DNA from: Azolla caroliniana
Lineage: Eukaryota; Plantae; Polypodiophyta
DNA: 64,000 bases
Direction of reading: 5' to 3'
Assembly (NCBI GenBank): GCA_043228905.1
Contig: JBHGNT010000005.1
Location: 16,182,001-16,246,000 of the forward strand
Under the pieces are notes generated by a model. That model saw nothing but the letters and a program-made list of their open reading frames with translations, made no database searches and had not been told where the DNA came from. Positions 26,201-39,148 of the stretch are shown here, in pieces. The translations under genes and the position numbers were made by a program. Each line of letters opens with the position of its first letter. The stretch's first letter is position 1.

Positions 26201-27760
26201 TGTGTGTCGACAAGTGAATTCTCGCCGAATTCCTTATTGGCGAAGGTATGCTGTGAATGTATCGGAGAAGTATTCCTTTCCTCCCTTTGACCAAAGACAT
26301 CGTACATGGCGTTCAATTGTCATCTCAACTTCACTTTTGAATTTTTGGAAGTGTGTAAACACTTCGCTCTTCTGCCTCATGGGAAAGATCCATGTATGCC
26401 TAGAGAAGTCGTCGATGAAGGTAACATAGTACCAACATCCTCTGAATGTGGACATCTAGGCCGGTCCCAATACATCTGAGTGGATCACATCTAGGAGGCC
26501 TTTGCTCACATTTCACTCCTTTGGAAATGGGTTCCGATGTTGCTTGCCAAATTGGCAAGCTCCACATACTCCTTCAATCTCTTTCTCTTTGAAGGTCGGG
26601 AGCCCGATGACGACTCCTTTCGATTGCATTGCCTTGAGCTTGTTGAGATTGATATGGCCAATTCTTTTGTGCCACAACTCTATGTCAGAGTCAGCTTTGA
26701 GGCCCTTTGCAAACATGGCCGATTTTAACTCGTTCAATTTGAGGATAAACATTTGTCCTTCCCTTCGACCACGAGCGATTAGTTGACCTTTCTTTTTGAT
26801 GAAGCAACCACCTTGGTTGAATCGAACTTGCATGCCTTGCTCAACAATTTGGCCGATTTTGCCGCAATATCCGCACTCGATTGAGTTTTGTCCACTTGGA
26901 CTGACGTGGAAGCTCCCCCTTCTTCCAAACATTCCTCGATTGTTTCCGCTTTCTTGCCAAATTTGGGAGTTTCTTTCATAGGTCAGAGTTTGTCTGCCTC
27001 ATCCTTGGTCGAATCGGCCTCTTGCTCGGCCACATCCTCTTACTCCATTCCAATGTGTGTAGAGCATGTGGCCTTCTAAGGCGTTGCTCCTTGTTCAAAC
27101 ATGGTTTCCTTCAACCAACAACACGGATTGAAGATCGAAGTAAGAGGGAGGATTCTTCCTTGCTAGGACGACGGTTCTCATCACGTCAAACCGTGGTGCG
27201 AGGTCGCCTAGGCATATTTGCACCATCTCATCATCCTCCACATTAACTCTTATTGAGTCGAGTGAATCACAAAGCTCCTTGATCTTAAAGATGTAGCTTG
27301 TGATGGACATATATCCCTTTGTTGGATATTATTCAACTCTTGCCAAAGTTGAAGCTTTCTTGCGGTTGTGCTGGCCGCGAAAATCTTCCTAAGATTCTCC
27401 CACGCTTCCTTCAACGTCTTGGCTTCACGAATGTAGTCGAGAATGTGGTCATGGACACATGTCGCCAAGAAATACATCACTCAGCTTGTGGCTTGCTCCC
27501 ATGTTGAGTATTTGGGAGTCATTGGGTTGGGTCGATTTTCTTGTGCTCCTTTGATGTAGCTCCAATAGCCTTGGTGTTGAGCGAGCAAGCTCAACCGGAT
27601 CTGGATGGACTGAATAAGCTAGAATTGGCTCAGTATCTGGAATGGAGAACCAGATCGGTGTTCGGATGATATCCGGAACGAGGAGCAGGATCGGAGAGCC
27701 GGATCGGATTGAAACCGGTAGGCCGTTAGAGGCCTACGGTTCGAGAAGATTGTGGTTGTG

Positions 27761-28513
27761 TGTCGCAACCGCCGGGGTTCTGTGACTTGGGGATGATCGG
27801 GGTGACAAGGCGTAATCGCAGATCGTGCGATGACAAGAAGTCGAGAAGACAAGATAAATGCGACGTTGTCGCAAAAAGAATTTTATTTGTAAAACAACCA
27901 CTTACAATATTTATTTGCCAAAAGTTACTTGGCAAGACTTGAACTCATGAACTCTATTTGAGAAGGAAGTGTTTGAGATAGACCACTTCAATTTCTTTGG
28001 TTTCTATTTGTTATCTTTCTCTTGCAATTTATATATCCTAAATTTAAATTACAAAATTTGATTACCAAAATAAGTTGTTCTAAGAGGATTCGAAGTCGCG
28101 ACCTTTTGTTTACAAAGAGGCATCTAAGATACACCACTTCAACTTCTTCCTTTTCTTGTACTTCCTTTCTTTTCTTTAACTATTGTCTTGATTTACGTAG
28201 GCCACCATCTTCTTTGGCGAGCTCTGTATCCCACACCCACGCAAGCTTCTTGACTCGCTTTTCCTTCCTCTTCTTCTCCTTCTTCCCTTCCTCCCCTTTA
28301 GCCACCATGGGCATGGCTTATATAGGGTGGTCAACCGCCCAACCACCCTCTTGAGGCAGTTGGTATTATTTATTTATTTATTATTATTTTATTTATTGAT
28401 TCTACAAATTCGATTTTGTAGTTGTACATTTGAGAAATTATAGAAATTGCCCTCATTTAATCTTGACTCCCCCTTTTGACATAATTACATTTGTGTTCGA
28501 ACCCCCAACGACA
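27761..28513 (-). mobile_element. TGTCG...CGACA LTR with two tRNA-like cassettes (about 27931-27991 and 28084-28143, minus)
   Basis: Termini, minus-strand TATA CCTATATAAG at about 28320, B-box-like GAGTTCAAGTC and ACTTCGAATCC. No TSD. Confidence 0.62.
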
Positions 28514-29467
28514 TATTGCTCTCACAACAACACTATGTGTTGAATATACTGTACAAGTTCAGCATGACGGAATGCTGACTTGTCTGCACACCCCTGAACC
28601 GAAACTAGAAGCTCTGTCCCAACTCCGGACCGGCTTGCGATGAGAAACGATTCCGACAAATCGTCAGAAGCCTCATATACCTGACAATCACTCGACTTGA
28701 CCTCAGTTATCCGGTCGGAGTGATCAACCAATTCATGCAGAAGCCGACCGTCGAGCACCTTCAGTGTGCACACCAGATACTCCGGTATGTTAGCGGCACG
28801 AAGGATCTGGGATTGTTATACCGACACAGTATAGCTGGGAAACTAGTCGGATACACAGATGCCGACTGGGCTGGTGATGCATCAGATCGTCGATCCACCT
28901 CCGATTACATGTTTTCTCTAGGTAGCGTGGTTGTTGCGTGGAGCAACAAGAAGCAACCAATAGTGGCTATGTCGAGCATTGAGGCTGAATACCGGGGCAC
29001 TACCAATGCACCTGTGAAGCCATTTGGCTTCGGCGACTGCTGCAAGACCTGTGGATTGTGGTACCGACCCTGATCCTGATCTATTGTGACAACATGAGCA
29101 GCATTTAGCTCGCCAAGAACCTCGTGTTCCATGCTCGGACAAAGCACATAGAAATGCATTATCACTTCGTGCGTGAGCGGGTTTTGAGCGGTGAAGTTTA
29201 ACTTTGGTATGTTCAAACGGATCGTCAGGTTGCTGATATCTTCACCAAACCGCTCGGATCGGACAAGTTACAACACTTCACCGAAATGCTTGGTGTTCAA
29301 CATCTTGACATGCCGCACTTGAGGGGGAGAAAAGGAAAGGGAACGGATGGCCCCGAACAAGGAACCGGAAAGGGAAGAACCAACAAAGGGGGAGACAAGA
29401 GGAATAAGGAAGCCGAGTCGACGAAGAAAGTCGGCACATCCGAACAAGTCGGAACGAGCGACATCAG

Positions 29468-30259
29468 TGTCGTGAAGATTTCCGACTATAGTGAGAAAAC
29501 CGGGAGGGACAAATAAAATGGGGATGGGCTACATTGCACATGCACTTGTAAATTTGTGTAATAAGAATAAGTAAAAAAATGTAATGGGAAGGGTAATAAT
29601 CTAAGGTGCTAAAGGTGCACCACAAAGTTCGTAGAGGCATAAATGTGATGTGCACTTTGTAGAGTAGAATGAGTAGTGGGCATTGAGAGTGAATGTGATA
29701 GGAGAGAGAGAGAGTTAAGGCCCACCGATTTAAGATCAAGGGAGATATTCCCCATTAAATGAAAGGGGATTTGACTCCCTCTTGTAATGTGCTCACCCCT
29801 TACTACTATAAAAGGGAGTGAGGGGTCACTTGTGAAGGGGTTGCCTATTTTGAGTGAGAGAGGTATACCACTTAGGTCAAGGGATTCCATTCGGTTTTAA
29901 GGGTTTCTTCTAAGGTTTTCTTATTGGGTTTCTTTTAGGGTTTTTATGTTTCTTCGCTTACTTGTCCGGTTAGGGTTTTCTTGTAGTCGTTTTCGGGTGT
30001 GGCTTATGTGGCCTTGGTTGTAATCTTTTGTGAACTCTTAATATAACATGTTGATGTTTCTTGTCTTGTGGGCGTATGTTGCCTCCATCTATTCTATTCT
30101 ATGTTTATGTGCTATTCTTCCTCTTCTCCTCTTGAGCTAAGCTTCCATTTTGTGTCTTATTCCTTCTCCTCTACTCCCTAGTCCAAGACCCTCGTGGTCC
30201 TGCCTCGGATCCTACACGTACTCGTGGAATACCGCGACATCTTTGGTGAACCCGACGTG
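29468..30259 (+). mobile_element. TGTCG...CGACA LTR (29468-30239) followed by a tRNA-Trp PBS; internal region deleted
   Basis: TGGTGAACCCGACGTG at 30244-30259 after a TCTT spacer, the same spacer as in G1. TATA at about 29806. Confidence 0.8.
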
Positions 30260-30636
30260 GAGCGCGAGCAAGGCGGGAGGACGTCAAAAGGAGTCGGAGG
30301 AAATGACCGGCTACTGTAGACACTGACACCACGATCCGACCTCAAGTTGAGCTTGAGGGGGAGTGTTTGGCAAGCAAGCTCAACCGGATCCGGATCGGTG
30401 TCCGGATGATATCCGGAACCAGGAGCCAAATCGGATTGAAACCGTAGGCCGTTAGAGGCCCATGGATCCAGCCTAGTACGTACGCATATTTTTGGTAGTC
30501 AGTGACAGTCACTCATGTGAGCATTGAAGTACCTGTCAGTACGTCTATCAGTCCTTTATGAACTTGTATAAAAGTGCTCTCTGAGCACATTCTATGTACA
30601 GAGTTATAAAGAGTATTATTTTGAATAGGCTTTTAT

Positions 30637-30638
<2 letters not shown>

Positions 30639-30680
<42 letters not shown>
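30639..30680. repeat. (CT)n microsatellite inside an LTR
   Basis: Visible directly in the sequence. Confidence 0.95.
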
Positions 30681-30682
<2 letters not shown>

Positions 30683-32642
30683 GTGCATATTCTCTGTGTT
30701 TAGCTTCCACCGAACCTTTCTCTTTATTGTTGCCATCCGGTACATCCGGTTTCTGATATGCTTCCGCACGTTTAGATTTGGCCGACAAGGTATTGGCGGA
30801 ACTTGTACTCCCAAGATGCAAAGTTGTTTCCATCCAACTTCTCACTAGGGAGAGTGCTCCCCATTTGAGTATTCATTATGTCAATGTAGATTTCTTCCTT
30901 CTTCTTCTCTCTTGGACACGAGCTATGTAGCGTTACTACGATAGTAATGAGTCGGATTTCTTTGAATTGTCGGCGTAGACACAACACACAAGGATGGGCT
31001 AGATCGAGCTGCCAAAGCGCTTTGATACCATGTTAAGAATTTATGGCGATTCTGTGCAATGGAATAGGTTAGAAATGTGTTGTGTGTGTGTGTTTGAGAA
31101 GAGGAGAGGAGAGACACAAGATAGATGAAAAATAGAAATACTCAAGAAAACTGTATATTACAAAGGAGATTAACGGACACATTACAAAGTAGGGAGGGTG
31201 CTTTATATAGTCACCCTTTCTCTTCATTAACTACCGAAGCTCATCAGTCATGGGGAATGTGGAAACTCATTAGTTATGTGTCATTGAGGTCCATAAAAGC
31301 ACAAATAATCCTTCCTTGCATGCATCTCCCACCTTTATCACATATAAGAACGTAATTGCTCACTCCTTTTGTAGCTAATTAAGATCGTTCCGTCTATTTG
31401 TATGTAGTGTCTCCTAATATATCCTTTTTGAAAGCCTTGTTCACTCCCCATGGAAGTCCTCAATTCATGAGTAGATCAAATCGTTGTACCTTGGTTTCAA
31501 GTCTCTCTTTGTGTAGTAGATTAGCTAATTGAAAACATTCCATACTCCCAAAGAGAAGATATGCACATAGACGTCAACCACATGAACCTGAATGTTAGAA
31601 TTTGAAAAATATTCACAAGTAGAAATTAAGCATTCCCATGCTATGATTAACGAGAGTATGGAATCACTTCTTTGTAGGTGATCAATGACTAAAAAAACTA
31701 CTTGCATTAGGGCAAAAATATTATTTATGTTCGTATATGCATATACCTCATTTGAATATTATACACCTCATCCAGTTTCTTTACTCTCAATCTTTTGATC
31801 TGAAAGTAATTTGTTGTAAATTGTCCTGTATTTCATTATTTATGAGATGGTAATCTGAAAAATAGTTTCTAAATTGCATTAGTCACATGATTTTGATAGG
31901 GCTCTTTTGCTTTAAATATTCGATGCTTAAGGAAACATGTTCTTGTTCCATTTCTAGTTCTAGGAACTATAGAAGTTGCAGTTGTGGTTTCATTTGAAAC
32001 CATTGTAACTCGAGTTTCATGAGATCACATTATTTGCAAGCACATTCAGACAAACTCATGCTCAAGGACGTACGTTCAAGGATTCATTTTGGCAAAAAAC
32101 ATCACCCATACTCTAGTTCCATTTACAAACTCTAATAATAAACATTCTGTCCTCCTCACCTTTTTAGAGATGTATACACATGTGCAAACACATACACATA
32201 GTAGCGTCTCCATTAATTTTGTTTCACGCCTCCTTTTGGTGAGGGTTGTTGATTCTCCATCCAAATTTGTCCAAAATAGAGGGTTCTTCTTGTTTGTAGA
32301 TTCTTAATAAGTGACAAATATGAGTCGATCACATCCAAGTTCTCTTATAATGTAATGAGGTATTGTACAATGTAGATGCTTTTCAGTATTCCTTGACAGA
32401 TATACTTGAGTGCAACTCATGGTACAAATTATATGAGAAGAAATGTACATAAGCATCAAACATGTGAATCCACAAACATAATGAGATTTGAAATATATTC
32501 ACAAATGGCAAGTGAACATTTACTACCTTGTACAATCGGATCATCACAATTCAATTATCAAGTGGCCAAATTATATCTTTTCAAATCCAATGGAACTGCC
32601 GTTAACCTTTTTGTATTTAAGGGGAAAAAAGCAACTAAGTTC

Positions 32643-35236
32643 TCAGATGTTATCCCTCTTTCGAATCATGAATACATCTACATCGACACATTGATACACT
32701 TCATCCAATTCATTGGTCTCGATCTTTTCCACTGAAAACCATTTTAAAGCTTTGTGAGAAAAAACCTCCTCAGCTTGTCTATTTCTACCGTAGGCCAAAA
32801 ATATCGTGGTTGAAGATGTAGCAATATTCCGTAATGTTTGAACAAAATCATTGATAACACATTCATCATACATGACATCTGCTGCGAGCACAACATCAAA
32901 CGTTCCAATCTCCCCCACATCCTGGTGTCCCCATTCAAGTGGCTCAACAGAAACAACATGTGAAACAGCATTCATTAGAACATTCTCTTTCAAAAGAGGA
33001 AGGTTCTCGGTCAAATCTGTAAGAAGCACATACGGTGCTCCAAGGTACGCAGCTGCTATCCCTTTGATCATAAAAATATGTCAGAACATTCTATAGAGAA
33101 CTCCAATAATGCACAGCCAAAGAAGTAAACAAGTGTGAGCATAAATGGCCATTTCCTATCATCAGAAGGATGTGAGAAAAAAGGTACTGTCTCCCAATGA
33201 CTAGAGGGTAGAAGCTTCGCATCCTTTTTGGCATGTTTTCCCTTAACATTCCACCAATGATGATTGAATGCACTAGAAATCATGGTTTAACTATAAAGAA
33301 GACAAAAAGAGATCATATATCTACAACTGCCAGAAGAGAGAAATTGGTCATTTCCACAGCATGCGAAGTGTTTTTTCTTTTCAAAAGAAAACATAGCCAA
33401 TGTGTTGAAATTTCTCTACTAATTGTATTATAAGCCTAATAAACATGATGCAAATGCAAGGTGTAGAAATGTAGAGTTTTTACACTCACTAACAATTCAC
33501 CCCTCAAAGTAAGATCCTTCAGTTAGCAAGATACAGGTATACATCCTATACTATGTATGGCCAACAATATCATGTAGAGGAGCAAGCTGGAGACTACCAC
33601 TTACATCAATGTGATCCATAGAATAGTGTAACTAGAATCCAGAAAAGAGCAAGGTTCCTAAGCTTCTGTAGCCCTTTATATCCACATACCATACATGTAT
33701 GTCCAGATCATGGCCATCTTGTGGTAGGCCAAACTGTGTCCCATAGCTATTGAACCTACTCTAGTCCTAATCAACTCCTAATAATGTAATTATGTGTATG
33801 ATCATGATATTATGCTTAGCACTATCTATATTCCACCTTAAACATCTTCCCCACTTGTGATTTGAAGTAAATAAAAGAGCAAAATGCTATCAAGACTTTT
33901 CGTCCATTTCATTTTCATAAAAATTGTAGCCGTGATTTCGTTGACAGGAAATAAGTTTCTCATTTCCTTCAAATGGTTGAAAAGTCCTGAGTTACGGAGT
34001 CATCTTTTGAAATTTCATCATGATGCAACTAGATCATCACAGTTATTGGTATTCAATGAGGACTAGTAGTTTACTTGTGGAACGAAATGATTTTCCTATC
34101 AAATTATGATACTTGCACAGGGACTATGTGAAATTACATTGTTTCTAGGCACTCTTACAGAGAGGGAAACTCCACAATAGTATCTTGCATCAAGGTCAAC
34201 TCATCCATGTCTATGGTTCAAGTTTCTACTTTTGACAGGGGCCAATTCTTACAGTGGGCTGTGACATGCTCTCTGCAGCAGCAAGATCTTTATGGACGCA
34301 TTTTCTATACTCTCATCTGTCACATACTCTGAATACAACAAAAATACTCTCCTCCATTGAGATCTCAAATTTATAAACACTCATACTCCAACTTGCTCCA
34401 AATAAATACACCTTCATTTACATATTCCTGGTTTTCAAACATAAATCCTGAGAGAAAGGAAAACAGCAGTACCTGGTAGGCCACAACCTGCACCAAGCTC
34501 GATGCATCGTTTACCACACACTTTCGACGGCCATCTCTCTATATATTTGCTCAAAACAATTGCACTATCCCATACTGTAAGAATTTATAGCCATGGAAAA
34601 GATTAAAATTGAGAAACAGAGATAGATTTCTGTATTCGTTACAGAAATGTAGTAAAATGAAAAGGATAAAATCTTTCTTAATATATCACAGAAATGTGGT
34701 GAAGTGAAAGATAAAACATGTATCTTTTTACAACAAGGGATGTAATGAAATCGAAGACAAGCCTTGCCTGTTGATGCGAAGCCACGAGAAGAGTATCTTG
34801 CCTGATTGATGGTGAGCCTTTCCTCCTTGCCATGTATAAGCATAGTATGGAGGTACGCACGATCAAAACGGTCCCTATCTGGTCTAAAGATCCAGAAATA
34901 ATAGATTAAAAGCCCTGGTCTGGTAAGGTTAGACCACTAACATCATTAAATTTAAGGATAATGGAACCCTAAACAGGATTTTCGCCATCAAACCATGAAA
35001 TCAAAACCCTAGTCCCAAACCTAAACCCTGATGCTAAATCTTATATATACTCTAACCCTGAACCCTTAATCCTAAGATCTAAAACCTAGAACCTTAGAGA
35101 GCAGCGAAACCCGGTGCTAAGCCAATACATAGGACCTTTAACCTATCAGCACGGATTGGATGTGTTACCTGTGTTCTCTCTTCCACGCCCACGAACGCAG
35201 AAATGAATTGGTTGAGCTCGAAGGTGACACCACCAT
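32643..35236 (-). CDS. METTL21-like (Methyltransf_16) protein lysine methyltransferase, 234 aa; exons 35236-35169, 34883-34768, 34574-34473, 33061-32643
   Basis: Spliced frame is open (705 nt, phases 2/1/1) and gives STVWDSAIVLSKY, IELGAGCGLPG, VLLTD, LEWG and DVVLAADVMY. The start codon is less certain than the internal exons. Confidence 0.88.
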
Positions 35237-36265
35237 CTGGTGGAAAATGCGGCAGGATCGAAGTTCCTACACAATAAAAAAACGGATTTGAACCCTGCGG
35301 AGCCCAAATGCAATGGTTCCAAATTTGCGACCCACTCACTACTACTCAGGCAAATATGTATGTACTACCAAAAGCTATGCTAACCCTACTGTTGGATGGG
35401 ATGAGGAAATGTGAGAGTTAGAGGACTCTTTCTTGGGGATTTGGAGGCTTGACAGGATGAAAAGCTCCAAATCCGCTGCTTCCTCTTTCTTTCACTACAT
35501 AAATAGCTAACAAACTCTCTGAGTATTTGTTGTAAGTTTTTATAGTCCTATAGGAGGTGGGGGTGTGTATGTTTGTGTGGCAATGTGAATGAATGAATGA
35601 ATGGAATGAATGAATAGAGGAGACATTGGTTGTTGTTGAAATGCAAATTTACTGATTGATTCTATCCATGTAAATATACCAAACTTTTAGCGACTCTTCA
35701 CTGCCTTCTACTAGTACACTAGGGATTGCCAATGTTAATAGTGTACACATTCTCGCCCACTCTCGACTTCCACTTGTAAACAAAACAAACCTTCTTCCAC
35801 TAGGCCTTAAAGTGTCAAAACTGATTATTGTATGTACATATATATGTATGTATATGTACATACTCTTAAGATGAATTTCCCCCTGTTCTTCCCAGCAGAA
35901 AAATAAATAAATGATGGAAGAGGATATGGCGATACAGGCATCTGTTCGCATTTATTTGTTGCTGAATGTAGCCAAGGTCAGAAGGAGCTTTATTGAGAAC
36001 TTTAGGGTTCCATGTGTTGCAGGTTTTGCCAGTCCCAACCAATGGAAAAAGGGCATGCAGAGAATCCTAAACCCAAACCCCTACAGAATTCTCAACTATG
36101 GAAAAAATGTTGGCAGAGAATCCTCAACCTTAAACCCCAGAAAGAGAACGTTATGGAAATAAAAACACTACTGTTCATGAGGTTAGTATTTTATGCGCAT
36201 TGCCTCCAGAACCCCTGTTGTTGTGGTTAATTTAACCCTAAAGCCTAGGAAGAGAAAGGTATGGA

Positions 36266-39148
36266 ATGGAGGCAACTACTACTGGGCATGAGGTTAGCAC
36301 TTATGTCTCATTACTTAAGGCTTGTTCCAAGAGCAAGGATTTGGTGAGAGGCTGTGGCATCCATATTGATGTGGTTATGAAAGGGCTCCTTCAACGGAGC
36401 CCTCATGTAGGAAGCAGCTTAATCAGCATGTATGTGAAATGTGGAATGCTTAGGAAAGCCCTCGAAGTGTTGCTAGACCTTGTTAATAGAAATGTGATAT
36501 CTTGGAATGCACTCATCACAGGATATGCACAATGGGGCCAACCTATTAATGCTTTCCTTTGTTTTGAACGTATGCAAAATGAAGGTCTCCTTCCAGATGA
36601 AACCACTTTGTCTTGCATCCTAAAGGCTTGCAGTCATATGCAGAATGTCGAGAAGGGCCGAAGAATACACAATGTAGTTATGTGGACTGAGTTATTGGCA
36701 AAGGATCTGGTTCTCGGAAATGCATTGGTTGAGATGTATGTTAAATGTGGCAAGGTTACTGAAGCAGAGAAAGTTCTTGACAAGCTTCCAATCCGGAATG
36801 TCATCGCCTGGTCTTCGCTTATCTTGGGGTATACAAATCAGGGAAAGGCCAAGGAGGCATTAACTTGTTTCGAGCGAATGCAAAATGAGGGAATTTATCC
36901 CAACACAGCTACCCTCCTCCCAGTTCTGAAGGCATGTGGTATAGCGAGGGCATTGGATAAGGGTAAACAGATACATGAGGAAATTATATGTAAGGGTTTG
37001 TTCACAGGGGAAATCATGGTTGGAACTGCTTTAATGGACATGTATGCAAAATGTGGTATGTTGGCTAATGCCAAGAATGTGCTTGATGAGCTTCTGTTTC
37101 CAGATGTAATCAGTTGGAATATGCTTATTTCAGGATATGTTCAACATGGTTTCGATGAAACAGCATTGAACTCTTTGAACTGCATGAAGAGTGAAGGGCT
37201 CTTTCCGAATAGTATTACCTTCATCTGCTTGTTGCGAGCCTGTGGCCGTATGGGTTCTATCACGATAGGTAAACAAATTCATAATGAACTAATTGGGATT
37301 TGTATGGTGCCAAACCATATCACACTTAACAATGGTCTGATGGATATGTATGCAAAATGTGGTGAAATGGCACATGCTCAGAAAGTGCTTGATGAGATTC
37401 CAGATCGGAATCTTGTCTCATGGAATATACTAATTTCAGGGTACGTTCGACAAGGGCAAGGGGGGCAAGCTCTGGAATGTTTCGAACTACTGCAAGCAGA
37501 GGGTCTCTTCCCGAATGCTATCACATATACATGCATCTTGAAAGCTTGTGCTGTCATAGGATGTATCCAAAAAGGCAATGAAATCCATGACGAGATAGAC
37601 AGGCAGGGGCTTTTAAAGGTGAATTTGGCACTTGGTACTGCACTGGTGGACATGTATGCCAAATGTGGTGATATGCCAAGAGCAGAGAAAGCACTTCTTC
37701 AGCTTCCAGTTCGGAATGTGGTCACTTGGTCAGCAGTCATTGCAGGATATTCAGAGCATGAGAAGGCAAATGAAGCTCTCCACTGTTTTGAGCAGATGCA
37801 AAGAGAGGGCTTCTCTCCGGACCATGTGACCTTCATCTCTGTATTGAAGGCTTGTGGCAGTATAGGAGCACTAACAGAGGGTTTAGAGGTTCACAGTACA
37901 GTTGTGAATCATGGTCTAACAAAGGATATTATGATCTGCAATGCTTTGATCGATATGTATGCCAAATGTGGAGCACTAGAAAAAGCCAGACAGTTGTTCG
38001 ATGAGATTCTGTTTCCAACTCTTGCATCGTGGAATGCACTGATGGCCGGATATGTCCAGCATGGTGATGGTGAGGCAGCTCTAAGCTGCTTCAACATTGT
38101 ACAAAAACAGGGCCTTTCTCTAGATGCCATCACGTTCACTAGTGCCCTAAAAGCATGCAGTCTCACAGGGGCCATCTATAAAGCCAGGGAAATACAAGAT
38201 GAAATTATCCATAGAGGGTTATTATGGAAAGATATTATTCTCAGTGTTGTTCTAATTGATATGCATGCAAAATGTGGCTCAATGGAAGATGCACAAGTAG
38301 TATTCGATAAGCTTCTCGCTCGAAATGAACTTTCTTGGAATACATTGATTGCTGGCTATACCCAACATGGGCAGGGTGAGAATGCATTGAATTGTTTTGA
38401 ACTAATGCAAATCGAAGGTTTCTTTCCCGACAGGGTAACATTCATGTGTAGCTTGAAAGCTTGTGCTAGCATTGGCGTGATCAGTAAAGGTATAGAGATC
38501 CATGATGCTATTTCCAGTAAAGAAGGGTTTCTCGTGAAAGATCAGGATGTTGTGCTTGGCAATGCATTGGTGGATATGTATGCTAAATGTGGTGACCTTG
38601 CAAAAGCTCGATACGTGCTGAATGACCTTCCTAACCGAAATGTAGTCTCTTGGAATGTAATAATTAAAGGGTGTGCACAACACGGGCAAGGAGAGGAAGC
38701 ATTGATTTGTTTCGGTATCATGCAAGAAGATGGTGTGTATCCAGATGCTGTGACATTTCTTAGTCTTCTACATGCATGTAGCCACTCAGGCCTAGTGAAT
38801 GAAGCTGAAATGTGTTTTATAGATATGAACAAAAGGTATGGTCTGCTGCCAGATTTAGACCATTTCACTTGTATGGTTGACCTTTTTGGTCGCGCTGGAC
38901 ACATTGAAAAGGCAATAGGAATCATTCAAGAGATGCCTTACTATGATCATCCTCCAGTTTGGATAGCTCTCTTAGGCTCATGCCGAAGCCGTGGAGATGT
39001 TACGGTTGGGAGATTAGCCTTTGATCAGTCAATACAAATTTATTCGACTTGTGCTGCAGCTTACCTTTTGATGAGAGAGATATATATAGCTGCTGGCATG
39101 CCAAAGGCTGCATTGGGCATAGATACCATGAGAGAGAAGAATGTTTGA
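36266..39148 (+). CDS. PLS-class pentatricopeptide repeat protein with E domain and no DYW (960 aa); candidate organellar RNA-editing specificity factor
   Basis: Eight M(Y/H)xKCG / SWNxLI / TFxxxLKAC triplets, then ACSHSG, HFTCMVDLFGRAG and WIALLGSCR. Stop follows the E region. Confidence 0.95.
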   Translation: MEATTTGHEVSTYVSLLKACSKSKDLVRGCGIHIDVVMKGLLQRSPHVGSSLISMYVKCGMLRKALEVLLDLVNRNVISWNALITGYAQWGQPINAFLCFERMQNEGLLPDETTLSCILKACSHMQNVEKGRRIHNVVMWTELLAKDLVLGNALVEMYVKCGKVTEAEKVLDKLPIRNVIAWSSLILGYTNQGKAKEALTCFERMQNEGIYPNTATLLPVLKACGIARALDKGKQIHEEIICKGLFTGEIMVGTALMDMYAKCGMLANAKNVLDELLFPDVISWNMLISGYVQHGFDETALNSLNCMKSEGLFPNSITFICLLRACGRMGSITIGKQIHNELIGICMVPNHITLNNGLMDMYAKCGEMAHAQKVLDEIPDRNLVSWNILISGYVRQGQGGQALECFELLQAEGLFPNAITYTCILKACAVIGCIQKGNEIHDEIDRQGLLKVNLALGTALVDMYAKCGDMPRAEKALLQLPVRNVVTWSAVIAGYSEHEKANEALHCFEQMQREGFSPDHVTFISVLKACGSIGALTEGLEVHSTVVNHGLTKDIMICNALIDMYAKCGALEKARQLFDEILFPTLASWNALMAGYVQHGDGEAALSCFNIVQKQGLSLDAITFTSALKACSLTGAIYKAREIQDEIIHRGLLWKDIILSVVLIDMHAKCGSMEDAQVVFDKLLARNELSWNTLIAGYTQHGQGENALNCFELMQIEGFFPDRVTFMCSLKACASIGVISKGIEIHDAISSKEGFLVKDQDVVLGNALVDMYAKCGDLAKARYVLNDLPNRNVVSWNVIIKGCAQHGQGEEALICFGIMQEDGVYPDAVTFLSLLHACSHSGLVNEAEMCFIDMNKRYGLLPDLDHFTCMVDLFGRAGHIEKAIGIIQEMPYYDHPPVWIALLGSCRSRGDVTVGRLAFDQSIQIYSTCAAAYLLMREIYIAAGMPKAALGIDTMREKNV

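Larger units (their letters stand above)
27575..30776 (+). mobile_element. Internally deleted copia element E nested in the gag of D; 3' LTR 30364-30776
   Basis: Matching LTR starts (GCAAGCTCAACCGGATC), near-TSD CTTGG/TTTGG, RNase H remnant at 28720-29330, PPT GAGGGGGAG. Confidence 0.78.
23372..31284 (-). mobile_element. Ty1/copia element D; 3' LTR about 23372-23759, truncated 5' LTR 31031 to about 31284
   Basis: PBS-like TGGTATCAAA ends at 31030. Gag, integrase, RT and RNase H remnants are paralogous to element F. PPT at 23760. Confidence 0.9.

Noticed and set aside
31285-32640. Possible gene or transposase remnant
   Set aside because: Only short ORFs with no motif I can recognise. Partly the likely 3' region of the methyltransferase gene.
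35911-36230. Two short ORFs as independent genes
   Set aside because: They overlap a degenerate duplication in the PPR 5' region and have no domain. At most they are uORFs or part of an unrecognised exon.
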